19,347 nt of DNA from Promethearchaeota archaeon (GTDB lineage Archaea > Asgardarchaeota > Lokiarchaeia > Sigyniarchaeales > SOKP01), in NCBI GenBank assembly GCA_018238625.1, contig JABCSY010000075.1:1-19347 (forward strand), written 5' to 3'. Within the stretch, counting starts at the first letter, position 1. Each line of letters begins with the position of its first letter. Below are positions 17,901 to 19,347 of this stretch, piece after piece. The position numbers were made by a program, and so were the translations under genes. The notes under the pieces were generated by a model. The model saw nothing but the letters and a program-made list of their open reading frames with translations. It made no database searches and was not told where the DNA came from.

Positions 17901-19347
17901 CAAGATTTTGGTAGGAAGTTAAATCGTAGAAAGCAATTGGCATCCCTTCAACTGGAACACCATCGAGAGTTAAAGTTGCAGTTAAGTTTGCTACATTCCC
18001 TCTATATCCTGCTGAAAAGTTAGAGTTTAAAATTAACGAATAGTTTGCTAAACTAGGAGGGTTTCCTCCGTAATTATCGTAATAGACATCCATTTGCACC
18101 CAGAGTCCATCTCCAGAGATGTCAGTAGGAACATAAACTTCTGCCCAATTATACATGTTTTTATATTTTATCGCAAAAGTATCTCTTCCTTCAGTATTGT
18201 CAAAAAATTCTTGAATTGTAAAACTATTGAATCCGTCAACAAAACGGCTTGCTACGCCAAAAGCTCGCGAAAAAGCACAGAAGGCAGAGGCAAAATCGGC
18301 CCAATAGCCAATTCCTTGCTCACAAAACCACTCCACCTGATCATAACCTTGTGGAGCTGGATTGTATTGACTTGGGTCTGTAATTATTGCAAAATTATAT
18401 TGCAGATAATTTCTAATCTTGTCAGCAACTATAAAAGCGTTATCGGTATTAACAATTATTCCATCTAAAACATTATAATGAAAAGCAAAATCATCGTTGT
18501 TATTTATATATACATCAGTGGTATCCCCTTTTAATTGTAAATATTTGTTTTTTATAGGGTCGGGAGTGTATGTTGGTTCAACCGCAATTGCGTCTATTTC
18601 TGAGCTTGTTGGCAAATCTAAACCAAACAACTCGTAAGTCATATTTACGTCTTCAGCAGCACTAAAACTTATATCCAAAGTTGAACAATTAAAATCGTCT
18701 TTATATAAGGAAGGAGAACCTTGAAGGTTGTTTGCTTGGATACTATTTTCCATAATAAAAGGAGTAGGAAACAGTGAAGGTATAACCATCGAGTTTATAC
18801 CAACATCAGGGGACAGTGGCATCTTTAACATTAACAGATCTTTATCAAAATGGTATGAAAAATAATCACTGTAAGAATAAAAATTATTTAACTGTTTAGC
18901 AGCAGTTGAATGCCATCCATCACCGGTATATTCGTCAAAACATTCATATTTCCATAATTTTGTTGTCATTTCGTTAAAATCGTCATAGTCATATAATCTA
19001 AATACCTCAACTTCAGAAAACATAAGAGAGGCAAGAGTTTGGGAGTAATTACCTAAATCTAAATTGTCAATATCTCCATCAAACATATCTTGTAATGCGT
19101 CTAATAAGTCTTGTAATTGGTCTTGGGTTAAATTAAGGTCTGAAAATTGATCTTGAAAATCTGACATATTATAAGGGAAAGGAGGCATTATCAAAACAAC
19201 ATCTTCATATTTTGCTCTGTCCAATTCGTAGCTAGGAAGGGGCCTCTGGGTCCCCCAGAGAAGGCTAAACAAGAAGACTGAAAATGCAAATGAGGCAACC
19301 AATAAAGCGGCTGTAAAAATGATTTTAACTAATCGTTTTTTATTAAT
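14953..19347 (-). CDS. Giant membrane-anchored transglutaminase-like (TgpA/COG1305-type) protein with degenerate active site and tandem Ig-like repeats; 5'-truncated by window edge
   Basis: The frame is open to 19347 (INKKRLVKIIFTAALLVASFAFSVFLFSLLWG, a basic plus hydrophobic anchor). LWKYECFDEYTGDGW resembles the pre-TGase YWR..YD.YDG..W motif. The TGase core reads DKIRNYLQ, DQVEWF...GYWADFASAFCAFSRAFGVASRFVDGF...NWAEVYVP...GLWVQMD. About 1000 aa of beta-rich repeats follow. Confidence 0.85.
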   Translation of the reverse strand: MNKKRLVKIIFTAALLVASFAFSVFLFSLLWGTQRPLPSYELDRAKYEDVVLIMPPFPYNMSDFQDQFSDLNLTQDQLQDLLDALQDMFDGDIDNLDLGNYSQTLASLMFSEVEVFRLYDYDDFNEMTTKLWKYECFDEYTGDGWHSTAAKQLNNFYSYSDYFSYHFDKDLLMLKMPLSPDVGINSMVIPSLFPTPFIMENSIQANNLQGSPSLYKDDFNCSTLDISFSAAEDVNMTYELFGLDLPTSSEIDAIAVEPTYTPDPIKNKYLQLKGDTTDVYINNNDDFAFHYNVLDGIIVNTDNAFIVADKIRNYLQYNFAIITDPSQYNPAPQGYDQVEWFCEQGIGYWADFASAFCAFSRAFGVASRFVDGFNSFTIQEFFDNTEGRDTFAIKYKNMYNWAEVYVPTDISGDGLWVQMDVYYDNYGGNPPSLANYSLILNSNFSAGYRGNVANLTATLTLDGVPVEGMPIAFYDLTSYQNLGQIDTNSYGEASLLINIDDTQVVGPHYMFAQFSPNVNDTTEYTVYGDIQVNLQNINPQEVNISIDTMTNVQGYVIDPINNQRVGGTTLEFILLQKGTNTRVGTPPFDITYTTTDLNGDFNVDINVDPSVSVGNYELRVDTNGSWYFTAYAVGFVNDSSNRMDFNVTEGVVKKVWFYINDVPSDIPNSPVVNRTSTVILKAKVVNETNYPLANQDVTFYDYTRGIQIGSNTTNVNGITTLNYFVGNSITTGPNLLYAKIGIEENYTYFILNEEPTINILSGPTPREINRTSVGASNTIFNIEGEILDSINNNPIKFSRLNLKLLKGGTDYSLYLTPSDTIWTDFNGYFNLNFEVASNTPTGNYTLRLDFNGTIDYTWHPEYPTFFNLPYINTSSAFMNELMVMTPTTLTFNFWINGTTFDDYNQPVINQNGKINLSVYLEWGGVPIGDGEWINFYDVTQGITIGSAQTINGFTQLIYSTGSSTVAGPHLIYAKWGSNNNYSYFIYDTPIIVDLESGPEPREILRSGPTGRTFNLRGYVNDSTNGIPIKYARIHVHLYDGPTEVYYLSLDGGTLWLDESGEFDLTYSVSSSTPDKNYTIQIEFGGIFRYSAPNNQYNEHDFYLGSFSNFNNITNGYHELKVIDPENLDILLSVEGNPTLPFYDNENPPETYNFGEIIHVQVQLIHVESFDTRTVYIYDDYTNILLDSYMFPGSSTGFVQFNLSTNDLHAGLIRFRVNYHTFSAFNTTYVVINETIDISINLDRNVIQRNFHQFNVDGILQQNGTNLDGLIIGLILLDASFVDVSGYLNLNGPQFRTIFGGNYLYDNSGIFLSCPQGNYYILINFTGSMNDFGISLTNYAEISISTLISINITAGININGNYDTQIVKDQFYEGDNLYVYGFLTWDNGTAMAFMEVNVTIRDSIGNVLATATGVTDISGFFNITLLVGNWPDNAEVWVTFYPEDNFSAPDYYYVEFFEIEVYREP
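15290..18050 (-). repeat. Four diverged ~225-240-aa two-domain protein repeats (Ig-like) within the giant protein
   Basis: Recurrent anchors are FYDLT (~17928), FYDYT (~17249), FYDVT (~16542) and IYDDYT (~15818), followed by GPHYMFAQ / GPNLLYAK / GPHLIYAK / GLIRFRV and GNYEL / GNYTL / KNYTI / GNYYI. The repeat is visible at protein level and the boundaries are approximate. Confidence 0.8.

Noticed and set aside
15290-18050. DNA-level tandem repeats, CRISPR array or diversity-generating retroelement target in the repeat region
   Set aside because: Repeats are evident only as diverged protein motifs. I saw no near-identical nucleotide repeats, spacers or reverse transcriptase gene.
18094-18468. 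124-aa plus-strand ORF
   Set aside because: Antisense to the transglutaminase-like core, with no motif or independent expression signals seen.
19300-19302. TTG start at 19302 for the giant protein
   Set aside because: It falls in the middle of the hydrophobic anchor. The frame stays open to the window end, so the real start is upstream.
1-19347. tRNA, rRNA, riboswitch or insertion sequence
   Set aside because: Intergenic gaps are at most ~120 bp and extremely AT-rich, with no cloverleaf, GC-rich stems, terminal inverted repeats or transposase ORF apparent by eye. No covariance search was run.

Overview
AT-rich (roughly 30% GC by eye) and gene-dense window. It is most likely archaeal: it has TATA-like boxes near the starts, an archaeal-type DUF4350 gene and a heavily N-glycosylatable surface protein. 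An Asgard/Lokiarchaeia origin is my impression only. There are three blocks. (1) Bases 1-1810 (-) hold a 3'-truncated, bacterial-type leucyl-tRNA synthetase that the ORF track missed. (2) Bases 1931-7163 (+) are a tight five-gene cofactor run: LipS2, lipoate-protein ligase/octanoyltransferase, LipS1 (the two-subunit lipoyl synthase route), a CofE::nitroreductase fusion (FbiB-like) and CofD (F420 biosynthesis). (3) Bases 7173-19347 (-) are a convergent seven-gene cluster built around a MoxR AAA+ ATPase and a DUF58/vWA protein. It also encodes a >1460-aa membrane-anchored transglutaminase-fold protein whose catalytic Cys and His appear replaced (Trp, Tyr), followed by four ~235-aa Ig-like repeats. 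The remaining genes encode an Ig-like/TM/DUF4129-like protein, a stand-alone soluble paralog of that cytoplasmic domain, a DUF4350 membrane protein and an unknown multi-pass coiled-coil protein. Block 3 is the best candidate for an uncharacterised system. No RNA genes, CRISPR arrays or mobile elements were recognised. Family assignments come from motif recognition, not database searches.
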